Assembly (NCBI GenBank): GCA_000002445.1
Contig: CM000208.1
Location: 1,280,001-1,344,000 of the forward strand
Length of the DNA stretch: 64,000 nt
DNA from: Trypanosoma brucei
Lineage: Eukaryota
Direction: 5' to 3'
The notes under the pieces are model-generated. The model saw nothing but the letters and a program-made list of their open reading frames with translations. It searched no databases and had not been told where the DNA came from. Below, piece after piece: positions 11,572 to 21,668 of this stretch. The position numbers and the translations under genes were made by a program. The number at the start of each line of letters is the position of its first letter. Positions within the stretch are counted from its first letter, which is position 1.

Positions 11572-12056
11572 TGACATCAGAGGTAACGACATGAGTGCTG
11601 CTCTTGGAGTTCGTTTCTACCTGTTTATTCTTGGTGTGTGAGTGAGCGCACGCGCATTGGTTCCCTTACTACAGTGGTCGGGTCGCGGTTGGGGGCGTGG
11701 TGGCCGCTTGGGTGCCGATTCCGTTTCCTTTTTTCCCCCCTCCTCCGCGGTGCCAGTAACGCGAGGGATCGGCTTGGTCTCCATCTGCGGTGTGTATTAT
11801 TCGGTAAAAAAAAAAATAATAATTCGACCTTAGCCTTTTTCCAGTGGAAGGGGTAAAGAAGATGTGTCTGTCATGTGTGTTTGCTCGTTTTTGAACGCTG
11901 TTGCTTATGCTTGAATTGATGTATACCTCATTTCCCCCCGTATTGTAATTGTTCATTATTAACAACAACAATAAGGCTCAGTGAAGGTGTAACGGCTGGT
12001 TCTGGGCTGGCCTGCGGCGTCGATCCCTTCCATTTGACCATTTTAGCGACTCGGCG

Positions 12057-13400
12057 ATGCGTAGGGGACCACAATGGTTTATCCAGAGCCGGTCACGTGA
12101 ACGGTTTCACCAGTTATGGCCATGGGCACTTGGGGGCGTATGTGCCACTTTGTACTTCTTCAATCGCGAGCCTTTTGAAGAAATGGCTGGTACTGTGGTA
12201 ACTAAGATACGGAAACCCCTACTCAAGACGATGGAATGGATTGAACTGCACGATGTGGACCCGGAGACGATGGCGCTGGAACTTCCTCCTGACGTGCTTT
12301 TTGGCCCCTTGGAGTTCTCAAAGCAGATGCGATTCCTAATGGCTGCGCTACGGGCTGATAATGAACTTGCCGATGGGTATCTTGCTCGTGTGCTGGTGGA
12401 TCATATGGATCTTTCTCTCGATCCACCATTGCTCACGGAAAAGGAAATTCTCGAGACAGGTGGGAGGCAGTTGCTTGACTTTGCCATTGAGGATTTTTTG
12501 GGTGCAGGTTCTAGGAAGACTCGGAAGCATATATTCTTTAGGCCAGACCAATTTCTTCGTCTTATAAACTTTTTAGCCGTTTATCCGTCATTGACAAACT
12601 ACTTTGTGAAGGAACGCAACGGTGTGGACATGATTTTTCGCGCGCTACGGCACAGCAGCGACGAATTCGCACGTGTTCTGGCGCTTCGCAGCCTATGTCT
12701 ATTCTGCTTTACGCAGCGCGAAGACGGCGACGTGGAGCGGCGAATAATGCAGGCGAATGGTGTTGAGCAAATTGTGAAAGCTTATAAGCAAAGTACGGGT
12801 GACCCAACCGACACAAGGTACATCACCTTACTCGTCTCTTCCCTGTTGCGCCACTATCCTCTAGAGGGCGGAAAAGAATTTGTTGAGGCTGATGGCATTC
12901 AGGCAGCTGTTGACAACTTGAATATTGCTCGGTACAAGGGCATACCTCAACATGTGCGAGTTCTTCATGATGCGAAACGACTCCCACCAGCGGCCATTGG
13001 CGGGAGGTCCATCAATTCGCGCATTGAGGATGCTGACTTTATTCCTATAGCGATGGGTCTTCTTGATGCCTTTCCTGAATTCTACGAAGCTTCTAGTGAG
13101 ATATTACTACTACTACGAAGTATTGTACCGTCGTGTGCGAGTCCGTTTAACCTTTTGGAGTATCGTGCTATGCCTATTTTATCAAAATATTATGTGCGAT
13201 GGCAGAATGACACCGTTTTTCACACGGATGGTACGCTCCAGTTGTTGGTGGAACTGTTTAAACTAATGTTAGAGGACCCGACGTGCCAGCGCTGTTTTGA
13301 CCCGAGTGTGGCGTCATATGAGTTGCAGGAGTGTCTGCGGACCGCACGCGCGGCAATTGAAGCGGAATCATCCAAACCTGTGGTGCAACCCACACTTTAG
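12057..13400 (+). CDS. Hypothetical conserved protein, possibly helical-repeat or ARM-like. The true start may be a downstream Met, for example the Met of ...EEMAGTVV....
   Basis: 447-codon ORF on the + strand. A polyY tract lies upstream at 11700-11760. I recognise no diagnostic motif. Confidence 0.5.
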   Translation: MRRGPQWFIQSRSRERFHQLWPWALGGVCATLYFFNREPFEEMAGTVVTKIRKPLLKTMEWIELHDVDPETMALELPPDVLFGPLEFSKQMRFLMAALRADNELADGYLARVLVDHMDLSLDPPLLTEKEILETGGRQLLDFAIEDFLGAGSRKTRKHIFFRPDQFLRLINFLAVYPSLTNYFVKERNGVDMIFRALRHSSDEFARVLALRSLCLFCFTQREDGDVERRIMQANGVEQIVKAYKQSTGDPTDTRYITLLVSSLLRHYPLEGGKEFVEADGIQAAVDNLNIARYKGIPQHVRVLHDAKRLPPAAIGGRSINSRIEDADFIPIAMGLLDAFPEFYEASSEILLLLRSIVPSCASPFNLLEYRAMPILSKYYVRWQNDTVFHTDGTLQLLVELFKLMLEDPTCQRCFDPSVASYELQECLRTARAAIEAESSKPVVQPTL

Positions 13401-13723
13401 TTTGTGCAGAAATTGATTTGTGTTTTGCGTCTTTTTCCGTTTGGATAAGGGAATATGAAAAGTGGAAGAGGGCGCAACGGACGGTGAAATTGTTAGTCAC
13501 CGTGTTAATGTGAGGTGACCATCCTCCCTTTCCTTTTATTTTTTGTATTTTTTTTTTTCGTCATCATCTCTTTTGAGCAACCTGACACGACAGATGTGTG
13601 TGTGTGGGAACACGAACAGGAGCGAAACAAAAGGAATAATAGAGGAATAAAAATATGATGAATTGCATTTATTCCATGATAGTCAACAACAGACAAGATA
13701 ATTCTTAAACGTCTTGATTTCGA

Positions 13724-14093
13724 TATTCCTGCATCTTGAAGTTCCCGTGTATTTTCTGAGGGCGAGACATTTATAACGTAAAAGTGGTATTATTTTCAGA
13801 TACATCGCCTCTTTCCCTCTATCTCTCTCTTTCTCTGGCGGACGTTTATTTTTGTTTTATACACACCTCCAGTGGTAATTTGTTTTTCTTGTATTCTCTG
13901 CGTGCTGAAGTTCCACTTTGTTCCGTTCCATGTTATAGAGTAGTGTGAACTCAAATGTGTGAGGGAAATAAGAGCTGTCTGATTATCTTCTGTGTGTGTT
14001 TGTGTGTTTGTGTGTTTGTGTTTGTTCGGGAAGTTCACGTGCAGAAGTGTATGCGTTACATTATTTTGATACCACTGTATTATTTAGGTATTA
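13724..14093 (+). repeat. Copy B of the ~350-bp dispersed repeat, with a longer (TG)n/(TGTGTTTG)n tract than copy A
   Basis: See copy A. The internal microsatellite tgtgtgtgtttgtgtgtttgtgtgtttgtgtttg is expanded relative to copy A. The flanks diverge beyond about 13724 and about 14093. Confidence 0.85.
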
Positions 14094-14291
14094 CCACCTT
14101 ATGTGTTTTATTGGTTTATCTTTTTTTTTTCATATTTAGTGGCGAAAGGGGGGTTTGCTTCGTGAGTTTGTGCTCTTGTGTTGAGAAAGGGATCAAACAA
14201 TCACCGAATTGGTCGAAGCTAAGTGACCTGAATCGTTTCTAAGTAAGAGAATATTTTTTAATTAACCGATAGATATTCAAAGGAATCGATT

Positions 14292-15104
14292 ATGAGCAGT
14301 TCTGAACACGATAGTCGTGTTGCGTACTGTAAGGAGCATAATGTGCATCATCTCTTTGAGCTCATGGCTTCCAGGTTGCTAGTTGAGCGCCCCGAGAACC
14401 CTTTTGAATACCTTCGGGAGTTGCTGGTCACGGTGGAGAACTCCAAGAAGCAAACAGCACATGATCCCACAATGCTTCCGTCGTCGCCATTGGGGGCGAA
14501 GGACAAGCTGACGAAGATCACAATAGGCACATTTGGTATTGAGAATGCCGGCAAAACAACGATCATTTCTGCTTTGGGAGGAAATATTGAGAAGAATCCT
14601 ATGCCTACCGTCGGATTCACTCCTACAAGATTCCAGACGGATAGGTGCGATCTTTGCATCTTCGACCTTGGCGGAGGCGCCAACTTTCGAGGAATTTGGG
14701 TTCACTATTTCCACGACTGTCATGGTTTCATGTTCGTCATCGACTCTGCAGCGGATGATGCGGTTGTGGAGGAATCCCTCAATGCACTTCGCACTGTAGC
14801 GCAGCACAAGCATGTGCGTGGCAAGCCGGTGCTGGTGCTGGCTAACAAAAAGGACTTAAAGAGTAGCAGAGGCGTTGAGATTGTTTCTGAAGGCCTCTTG
14901 GAGGAACTCTTTGGGGATGTTTCTCTCTACCATCTAGTGCCTTCATGTGGCATTGAGGAGGATCCTGAACTGGAGAAGGGCGTTGATTGGCTATTGACGA
15001 AGATACAGAAGGAATATACTCACATTGATAAGTTGGTGGAAAGTCAGACGCTGGAGGTAAAAATGGAGGCGGAACAAAAGAGGAAGAAGTTGCTTGAAGA
15101 ATAG
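14292..15104 (+). CDS. Arf-like small GTPase with an N-terminal Dpy-30/RIIa-type dimerisation/docking motif and a C-terminal coiled coil. Its switch II is atypical, DLGGG in place of the DVGGQ found in Arf proteins.
   Basis: P-loop GIENAGKTT, switch II DLGGGANFRGIW and NKxD motif LANKKDL (shown as read from the sequence). The N-terminal ERPENPFEYLRELL resembles the Dpy-30/RIIa core ERPPNPIEFLASYLL. The C-terminal tail EVKMEAEQKRKKLLEE is coiled-coil-like. Confidence 0.85.
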   Translation: MSSSEHDSRVAYCKEHNVHHLFELMASRLLVERPENPFEYLRELLVTVENSKKQTAHDPTMLPSSPLGAKDKLTKITIGTFGIENAGKTTIISALGGNIEKNPMPTVGFTPTRFQTDRCDLCIFDLGGGANFRGIWVHYFHDCHGFMFVIDSAADDAVVEESLNALRTVAQHKHVRGKPVLVLANKKDLKSSRGVEIVSEGLLEELFGDVSLYHLVPSCGIEEDPELEKGVDWLLTKIQKEYTHIDKLVESQTLEVKMEAEQKRKKLLEE

Positions 15105-16356
15105 AGAAACAGCTGATGTGTTTTACATTGCCCGTAAGGGAGAAGGCGGGCACTGTTAATCATAGAGGACACATGCATGGGGAAGTTGCTGCTCGTGTGA
15201 GTAACATATTGACAGTGACATTAGAAGCGAGTGCGGGCATTTATTGTTCTTCGGTGCTAAACTCTAGTGAGTACGTTTCGGTGAGTTGTGAACTGATGTG
15301 GGCGTTCCCTTGTGTTGTGATACTGCATTTCTCCGCCTTTCGACTTGTTTGTATGAAAACTACATTTGTAGTTGCCACTATCACACTATTGTGCGTCGAC
15401 GTGCCAACACTTTTTCTTTGTCATCTGTTTTGCTTTTTTTTTTCGTTTCTCTTCAAACATCCTTTTCGGTGTTCGTGCACCGCTCATCCGATCGGTGGGG
15501 GTCTCGTTTTGTGCGATCTAATTTTCGATTAGCGGAGGTAGTGTTTCCTTTCCTTCCCCATAGGTGGATGGTTATCATTCCATTTCATCTTCTCTATTTT
15601 TAGTATTTTGATTATCCCTTAATGCCACTGCATGTGTTAATTCACTGTTTGCTGCCCACCGTTCTGCCACTTTTTTTTCCTTTCTCCTTCTTTTACTTTT
15701 TTAAACATTGTCTGTACTTACCCTTTGTCTCTCGGTAGGTGTAAAGAAGGGGTACTCTACACCAACTTTTTGTTAGCCTCCTTCTTAGTTTAAACTAGGG
15801 GTTCAGAATCCTTATTTTCCCCCTTCCCTCCCCCCCAAAAAAGGGAAAACAAAGCAAATCAAAGGAAGGGAGAAGGGGTTACGGAGTTAGATATATAGAT
15901 AGGGGGGAAAGTGAAGGTGTGTCCTCCTGCCGAGAAGTAAAGCAAAAAAGACAGGAAAGGTAGAATAGAAGTGGGAAAGGAAAGGAGGGCGCATCCCCGC
16001 CACTTAGCATTACACATTGTTCTATTTCACCCTTTTTTATTTCGAAATTTTTGTTGGTGTCGTTGTTATTGTTATTGTTATAATTTTTTTTTGTATTCTC
16101 TTTGTGTTATTGTGGCCCGCGTGCTTGTGTGGTGGGAGAGTGACATACGTACATTCAAGTTTTTGGTCGGCTCATTTCTTAGTTGGAGCGAGAGGACGTA
16201 CTTGCGCGCACGCACACACAAACAAACAAAAGGGTTGACAGACACAAAGCAACTCCATACATTGGTGTGGTGGAGGTTCGGGAGTATTTTATATAGCACT
16301 CCCCTACACTGTTATTTGCCTTTTCCTCCTTTTATCTCGCGTGTGGCTGAAATACG

Positions 16357-19300
16357 ATGACTTTAATTCCTCAAAACCCCTACCGAATGAGTTTCAGCAG
16401 ATGTAATAATGAGCGAAAAGCTTCAATTCCCTTGCAACCGACCAACACGAATGGGGGGATCAGTGCTGATAACACTGGTGTAGATCTTAAAGCTCATCGT
16501 GTGACTCCATTCACCACCACATTTGGACGGAGACACACCCTATATGGGGAGACAGAGATACGCGAGGCAAAGGAAACTTTAGCAAAGTTATTTGTGCCAG
16601 TGGCAAAGTTGGGAATGTACCGGCTGCGAAGAAGTAGACTGCACAAAAAGAATTCAGAGCTTCGGAGCTACACTATCGACTCCATTGTTCAGGCATACCG
16701 GAGTTCCAACTCAATAATCTCCACTTGGCCTATGGACGTGCTAACCTTGCTTGCTGAGGGAGCACAGTATCACTACTTAGAAGATGGCGAGGTGATTGTA
16801 TATGCGAGGGAATGGTACTTGTCGACTGGAATTATTGTTGTTCTCTTCGGTGAGGTGCAGGAGACGCTACCAAAATCTGAGAAAAACTTCACACCGAATA
16901 AGACGTCTGGTAACATACGGCACCCTGAGCGTTCCGTTTTATGCGAACAAACCGTTCTCTGTAGGGATTTTGCACCTTCGCGTCTAAAGGCGCACGGTTA
17001 TGCCGATGTAGCAGTAATACCCGCTCGCTGGGTTTGGGATGCCATCAATTACACCTCAATGGAGCCATTTGCTGAGGGGATGCTAGACTCTTTGAGAATG
17101 ACTGTTGCACCATTATGTGAAAGCGTTTTGGAACGAACGTACTTTCCCACCGCGTTGACGCTTCGTCGCAGTTGGCTTTGGTCTTTCTTCAGTGCAGGGG
17201 AGCGAATTCGTCTCGCACGCCTCATGGAGGTGAAGGTGTTTTGCGCTGGCGACACCCTGTTTGGTGAAGGGGACCGTAATCCGTACGTGTACATCATTCG
17301 CCGCGGTGCCGTTCGGGTTGTGGTGTGCAAGGAGCCCATTTTGGACTTTGGCCCCGGCGCAGCCTTCGGCGAGGTGAGTGTCATTTTTGATGAACCACGC
17401 TGCTGCCATGCGATTGCCACGTGTTTATGTGAAGTTTACTGTTTGCACCGTCGTCACATTATGAAGCGACTCAGGAAGAAGGCGCACGTGTGTGATAGCG
17501 TGATTGGAACAGCCCTGAGAAGGCGTGAGCAGTGGTTGGAGGACGCCAAGACAAGGCACGTGATGAGCCTTACTGTTTTGTTAGGAGGCGTCCCCTGTCT
17601 CAGTCAGGCGACAGAAAAGGTCCGAGCGGCCATAGCGGAGAAGGCCAAAACAGTGGTGCTGCCCCCGCGACAAGTGTTATTCAAAAAGGGAACCTTGTGC
17701 GATCATCTTTTCATTGTGGGGCGGGGAACCCTCTTAATGGAAGGTGCTGAAGATACTGTAGCGACTCGTACGTCAACGGGGTTTGTGGGTGAGTTGTTTC
17801 TCCATCCGCATTTGTGGCCCACAGACGTTACCTCCCTCACATCTGTTGATGGCTGGATGTTCCACGTTGATGTAGTGAAGGATGCGCTTGATAGCATAAA
17901 CGCAAGGGAACAGGCAGTTGACATATGCCGTCAGGGGATTGAACTTTATCGCGCTCAGTACGGGCCGGAAAGTGTTATGGAGCCAACCCCTGCACCCCGA
18001 AAGTTGGGTCCCGCGCGTAAAGGCACAACTGCCTTTTCTTCGGGGGCGAAGCAGTCAAATTCACTCCGTCAGAAGGGGCAACCCAGAAGTCCGTCACTTC
18101 CCAGCACGCCAAGGCTTGTAGCGGTAGCGAAGACTACTCCTGTGAAGGAGGAGCCACTGGAGAAGTTTGATTGGAACGCGTATGCAATCGAGGATAAGGT
18201 AGCGCTGCCCTCAGCGGACACGGATGAAAGTGATAAGCGCAGTGAACGGCAGCAGACCGAGCATGTCATTGAGGCTGAACTCGGTGGGCAGGCGGGGAGT
18301 TTGTTGTCCGCTGGTGTAGGGCTAGGAATTAGTGCTATTGACTGCGACTTTTCTGATGAGGTGGATGAGATGCGGCAAATGTTACTTGAGCAGGCCCTTC
18401 TAATACCTTCAAACAGACTACTGTTCTTCCTCAGGCAAATAAATCGCAGCAAGGTTACATTGGTGGTGGACGACGGTGCCGTTGTGACGGGAGAGTGTTC
18501 GTTAGAGACAACCGTGGGTGACGATCTGACGTTCCCCCAGTACGTCTTACCGCCCTCTGTTGTGTACACTTTAGACAATGTGAACACTTATAATGTGGAT
18601 GGCGCGCCATTTAACGGGGAGGACGTGCTAAACGACACCAACCGACAGTTAGCAGACGGAGTCGGTACGACTGCGCACCGACGAGCACGCACTCCCGAAG
18701 TTGCTCTTGTGACACCAGATTTTATGTCAACGTTTCGCTCCACCGATGAAATGGCAAATACAACCTTAAAGGGGCAACAGTTTGGCGGCCTTTCATTGTT
18801 CCTGCGGTCCGGTCGTCCATGTTCGGGGCTCAGTGGTAAGCACCATCTACAGCATTCATCGTCCCTTTATGGGACGCTGCGGCGTAGGAGTCTTAGCGGG
18901 GTGAGCAGAAATTATACTCCTTATCCCCAAACTCCTTTTACGCCTGATGTACACGGTTCGACACAGTACAGTTTCTCTAACATATACACAAGACTCAATA
19001 GCGTGGATTACACACAACAAGCGAAAATCACAGCTTCTGCACTCCAGTCTGCTCTTGATCGTTTTGTGAAACTGGACGACCAAAATTACTTTCAACAAGT
19101 GGTGCGTGTCTGCTTACCAACAGAGGCAGAGCAGCAGTTGATTACGGAAGAGGTTGGTAGTGGTGGTAAGAGTAGCTGTGACTTGATACTACTGCTGATG
19201 CACGTTAGGAAGTGTGAGGGCCTCCAGCTAAGTGACGATATGCAGTACCCTATTGTGAAGGTTTATACCAAGACGCGCGTCCTCATCAGAACGCCAATTA

Positions 19301-21465
19301 TGGAGGATCGTGTGGAACCGGACTGGCCGATTGAGGTGGCCTCTTTTATAACATTTATTCGCCGTGATGCTGACGTCAGCTTTTGCATCTGTGATGCGGG
19401 CCAGGAAGATAAGGTTGAATATACTGCCAACCTGGCCGCAGCTGACTTAGGAGAGAATAGGGGTGTTGGCCTTCGGAAGTTGGTCATGCATCGTGGGGCT
19501 ACGGAATCTAATGATGAAATCAATGAGACCAAAGCCACTATTGAGGTGTGCATGATGGCCGTTACTACTTCCAAGCACCACGCACTGCAGAAGCATCTTG
19601 ATGAGGAGGAGGACGCTTGCAAATCATCTGATGACTTTAGTGCAATCTACCTGCAGGTACTGGGGGTGAAAGGCTTAAAGCATCGTATAGAGGCTGCCGT
19701 CCATATTAGTGTGGAGATGGATGGGAAGACAAAAGAGGTTCTGCGCACCCATAAGATCGCACCCAAAACACGCTCTCCCGCGTGGCCGGGGCAAACCAGT
19801 TTTTGTGTTGCTCAGGGGGACGGTGTAATCAGTTTTGATCTTTTCCATCGCGACACGTTTGTGGCGTCGTACGATACTTCCGTCGACACTCTCGCATTTG
19901 GCGGTACCGGTGTGCAGTGTTTACCTCTCCTTCGCGCTCAGGGGACCGGCGGGGACCCCTATGGCGACTTGTATGTTTCCATTCTTGGAACCAAAACACC
20001 ATGTGGGGAGGAGGACGTCGTGGAGCGACCGTCGAAGTTGCTTGTCGTGCATGTGGAGGCGCTTTCTCTACGCCAAAATCTGGATTTAGAGTTTGTACCT
20101 GATCCATTTGTCATTATCCGGGGCCCCAAAGGGGAGGTAATTATGCGCACCGCAATGAACTTTGGTACGTATGAGGCGAAATGGTCGGAGGAACGTGCTT
20201 CTTGCTTCATCCTTTGCCCCTCGCTCCCCGGTTGCGTCGTAACGTATCACTTGGAGGTGTATGACAACAATGAGTCGAGCAAGATTGGTGAAGCAACAAT
20301 GACGGTTACCGTGAACGGCACAAAACGCAATCGTATGATGCTTGACATTGGGGGAAAGGGACTACTCACAGTGGTGGCTCATTCGTTTCCAATACAAGAT
20401 GTTATCAGCCACAGCCAACCGCCTGGATCAGGTCTTACCAATCACCTCACCGACACCTCCAGCTCTAGTATAGAAGAAGGTTACTTCTTGCAGGTTCATA
20501 TTTGTAGTTGTGAGAGCCTTCAGGGGACTGGGTTTGATGATTTCCAGATTGACCCTGTCGTAACTGCACGGGTTGGACGGAAGCGTATTGTAGTTGCACC
20601 ACTCGTGTCGGGCTGTACGGCACCCCAGTGGAAGTATCCGAAAGCCACTTTTGTCCTTCCGTTTGTCCCTGACGTTCTCAGCCATATCGTTTTGGAGGTT
20701 TGGGACACCAACATCGAGCTATGCGATGTTCTCGGCGTCGCCCGCCTTCCAATGGAAGAGATATGCCGAACTGGAACACACAAATACACTCTGCAGCCAC
20801 ATAAGGATCAAGAGTATGGTCGGCGCAGGGATTTAGGTACCATTGTGGTAAACACTCGGTTCGGTCGCGTAAATGGAGCTGTCGTTTCTAAGGAGTCGCC
20901 CTTGTTCTTTTCAGCGGGCTCTTCAGGCTCAGGTATCTTTCGGTCCCGTTTATTTCCTTCTACGAATAGGGGGCCAAACCTCCCCATCACTCGAGTCCGT
21001 TTGCACATATCCAGCTGCTGCTCTGCCGTATCCGCATGGCCTTTCGACTTTATAAAGGTGACATTAACATGCCTTCATCATGTTTTGCTTGAGGTGCGTA
21101 AATCCTGCAAAGATGAATTCTTCGTCGCATGGTCCGTTGATGATGCGCAAACTATCGTGGACCTTAGGGCCATATACGGACGATCCCTGCGACTCGCTGT
21201 TTCTGGTGGAAAGGAAGAGACTGGACGATTAACAACCCACATTGGCGCCGCGCATTTGCCCTTTTCAACGCTGGCATCAGCGTCCCCGGAGGTTGTCTCT
21301 GTGCGGAGTTTACCACTAGTAGACCAGGCAACTGAGGAACGGAGTAGCGGGAGTAGAAGTGGTCGGCGATGTGTAACTCCGAGTGTTTCAGCGCAGGAAC
21401 CTAGTATAACCGTGTCCCTTCTTGCGCTTGATTCTGACCACTCTGTGAGCTTGGGAAGTGAGTAG
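16357..21465 (+). CDS. Large (1702 aa) protein with two tandem cyclic-nucleotide-binding-like domains followed by several C2-like beta-sandwich domains
   Basis: The first cNMP-binding-like segment is LFGEGDRNPYVYIIRRGAVRVVV...FGEVSVIF and the second is LFKKGTLCDHLFIVGRGTLLMEG...FVGELFL. Three C2-like segments are IYLQVLGVKGLKHRIEAAVHISVEMDGKTKEVLRTHKIAPKTRSPAWPG, LVVHVEALSLRQNLDLEFVPDPFVIIRGPKGEV and FLQVHICSCESLQGTGFDDFQIDPVVTARVGRKRIV...LEVWDTN. The ORF is uninterrupted. PolyY tracts run through 16000-16130 upstream. Confidence 0.8.
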   Translation: MTLIPQNPYRMSFSRCNNERKASIPLQPTNTNGGISADNTGVDLKAHRVTPFTTTFGRRHTLYGETEIREAKETLAKLFVPVAKLGMYRLRRSRLHKKNSELRSYTIDSIVQAYRSSNSIISTWPMDVLTLLAEGAQYHYLEDGEVIVYAREWYLSTGIIVVLFGEVQETLPKSEKNFTPNKTSGNIRHPERSVLCEQTVLCRDFAPSRLKAHGYADVAVIPARWVWDAINYTSMEPFAEGMLDSLRMTVAPLCESVLERTYFPTALTLRRSWLWSFFSAGERIRLARLMEVKVFCAGDTLFGEGDRNPYVYIIRRGAVRVVVCKEPILDFGPGAAFGEVSVIFDEPRCCHAIATCLCEVYCLHRRHIMKRLRKKAHVCDSVIGTALRRREQWLEDAKTRHVMSLTVLLGGVPCLSQATEKVRAAIAEKAKTVVLPPRQVLFKKGTLCDHLFIVGRGTLLMEGAEDTVATRTSTGFVGELFLHPHLWPTDVTSLTSVDGWMFHVDVVKDALDSINAREQAVDICRQGIELYRAQYGPESVMEPTPAPRKLGPARKGTTAFSSGAKQSNSLRQKGQPRSPSLPSTPRLVAVAKTTPVKEEPLEKFDWNAYAIEDKVALPSADTDESDKRSERQQTEHVIEAELGGQAGSLLSAGVGLGISAIDCDFSDEVDEMRQMLLEQALLIPSNRLLFFLRQINRSKVTLVVDDGAVVTGECSLETTVGDDLTFPQYVLPPSVVYTLDNVNTYNVDGAPFNGEDVLNDTNRQLADGVGTTAHRRARTPEVALVTPDFMSTFRSTDEMANTTLKGQQFGGLSLFLRSGRPCSGLSGKHHLQHSSSLYGTLRRRSLSGVSRNYTPYPQTPFTPDVHGSTQYSFSNIYTRLNSVDYTQQAKITASALQSALDRFVKLDDQNYFQQVVRVCLPTEAEQQLITEEVGSGGKSSCDLILLLMHVRKCEGLQLSDDMQYPIVKVYTKTRVLIRTPIMEDRVEPDWPIEVASFITFIRRDADVSFCICDAGQEDKVEYTANLAAADLGENRGVGLRKLVMHRGATESNDEINETKATIEVCMMAVTTSKHHALQKHLDEEEDACKSSDDFSAIYLQVLGVKGLKHRIEAAVHISVEMDGKTKEVLRTHKIAPKTRSPAWPGQTSFCVAQGDGVISFDLFHRDTFVASYDTSVDTLAFGGTGVQCLPLLRAQGTGGDPYGDLYVSILGTKTPCGEEDVVERPSKLLVVHVEALSLRQNLDLEFVPDPFVIIRGPKGEVIMRTAMNFGTYEAKWSEERASCFILCPSLPGCVVTYHLEVYDNNESSKIGEATMTVTVNGTKRNRMMLDIGGKGLLTVVAHSFPIQDVISHSQPPGSGLTNHLTDTSSSSIEEGYFLQVHICSCESLQGTGFDDFQIDPVVTARVGRKRIVVAPLVSGCTAPQWKYPKATFVLPFVPDVLSHIVLEVWDTNIELCDVLGVARLPMEEICRTGTHKYTLQPHKDQEYGRRRDLGTIVVNTRFGRVNGAVVSKESPLFFSAGSSGSGIFRSRLFPSTNRGPNLPITRVRLHISSCCSAVSAWPFDFIKVTLTCLHHVLLEVRKSCKDEFFVAWSVDDAQTIVDLRAIYGRSLRLAVSGGKEETGRLTTHIGAAHLPFSTLASASPEVVSVRSLPLVDQATEERSSGSRSGRRCVTPSVSAQEPSITVSLLALDSDHSVSLGSE

Positions 21466-21631
21466 CGTATGCATGACATCTCTTAAGTCACTAAAGTGTT
21501 CCCCTCTCGTTCCACACTGTTTCCCCAACCCATTTGATTAACTCCTTTTGGTTGCTTGGTGAGTACGTATGTGTGGTTTTTGCGTATCATTTTATTTTAC
21601 ACACTACTCCTTCCATTCCCTCCTCGGCTAC

Positions 21632-21644
<13 letters not shown>

Positions 21645-21664
<20 letters not shown>
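21645..21664. repeat. (TA)n microsatellite
   Basis: Direct read. Confidence 0.95.
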
Positions 21665-21668
<4 letters not shown>

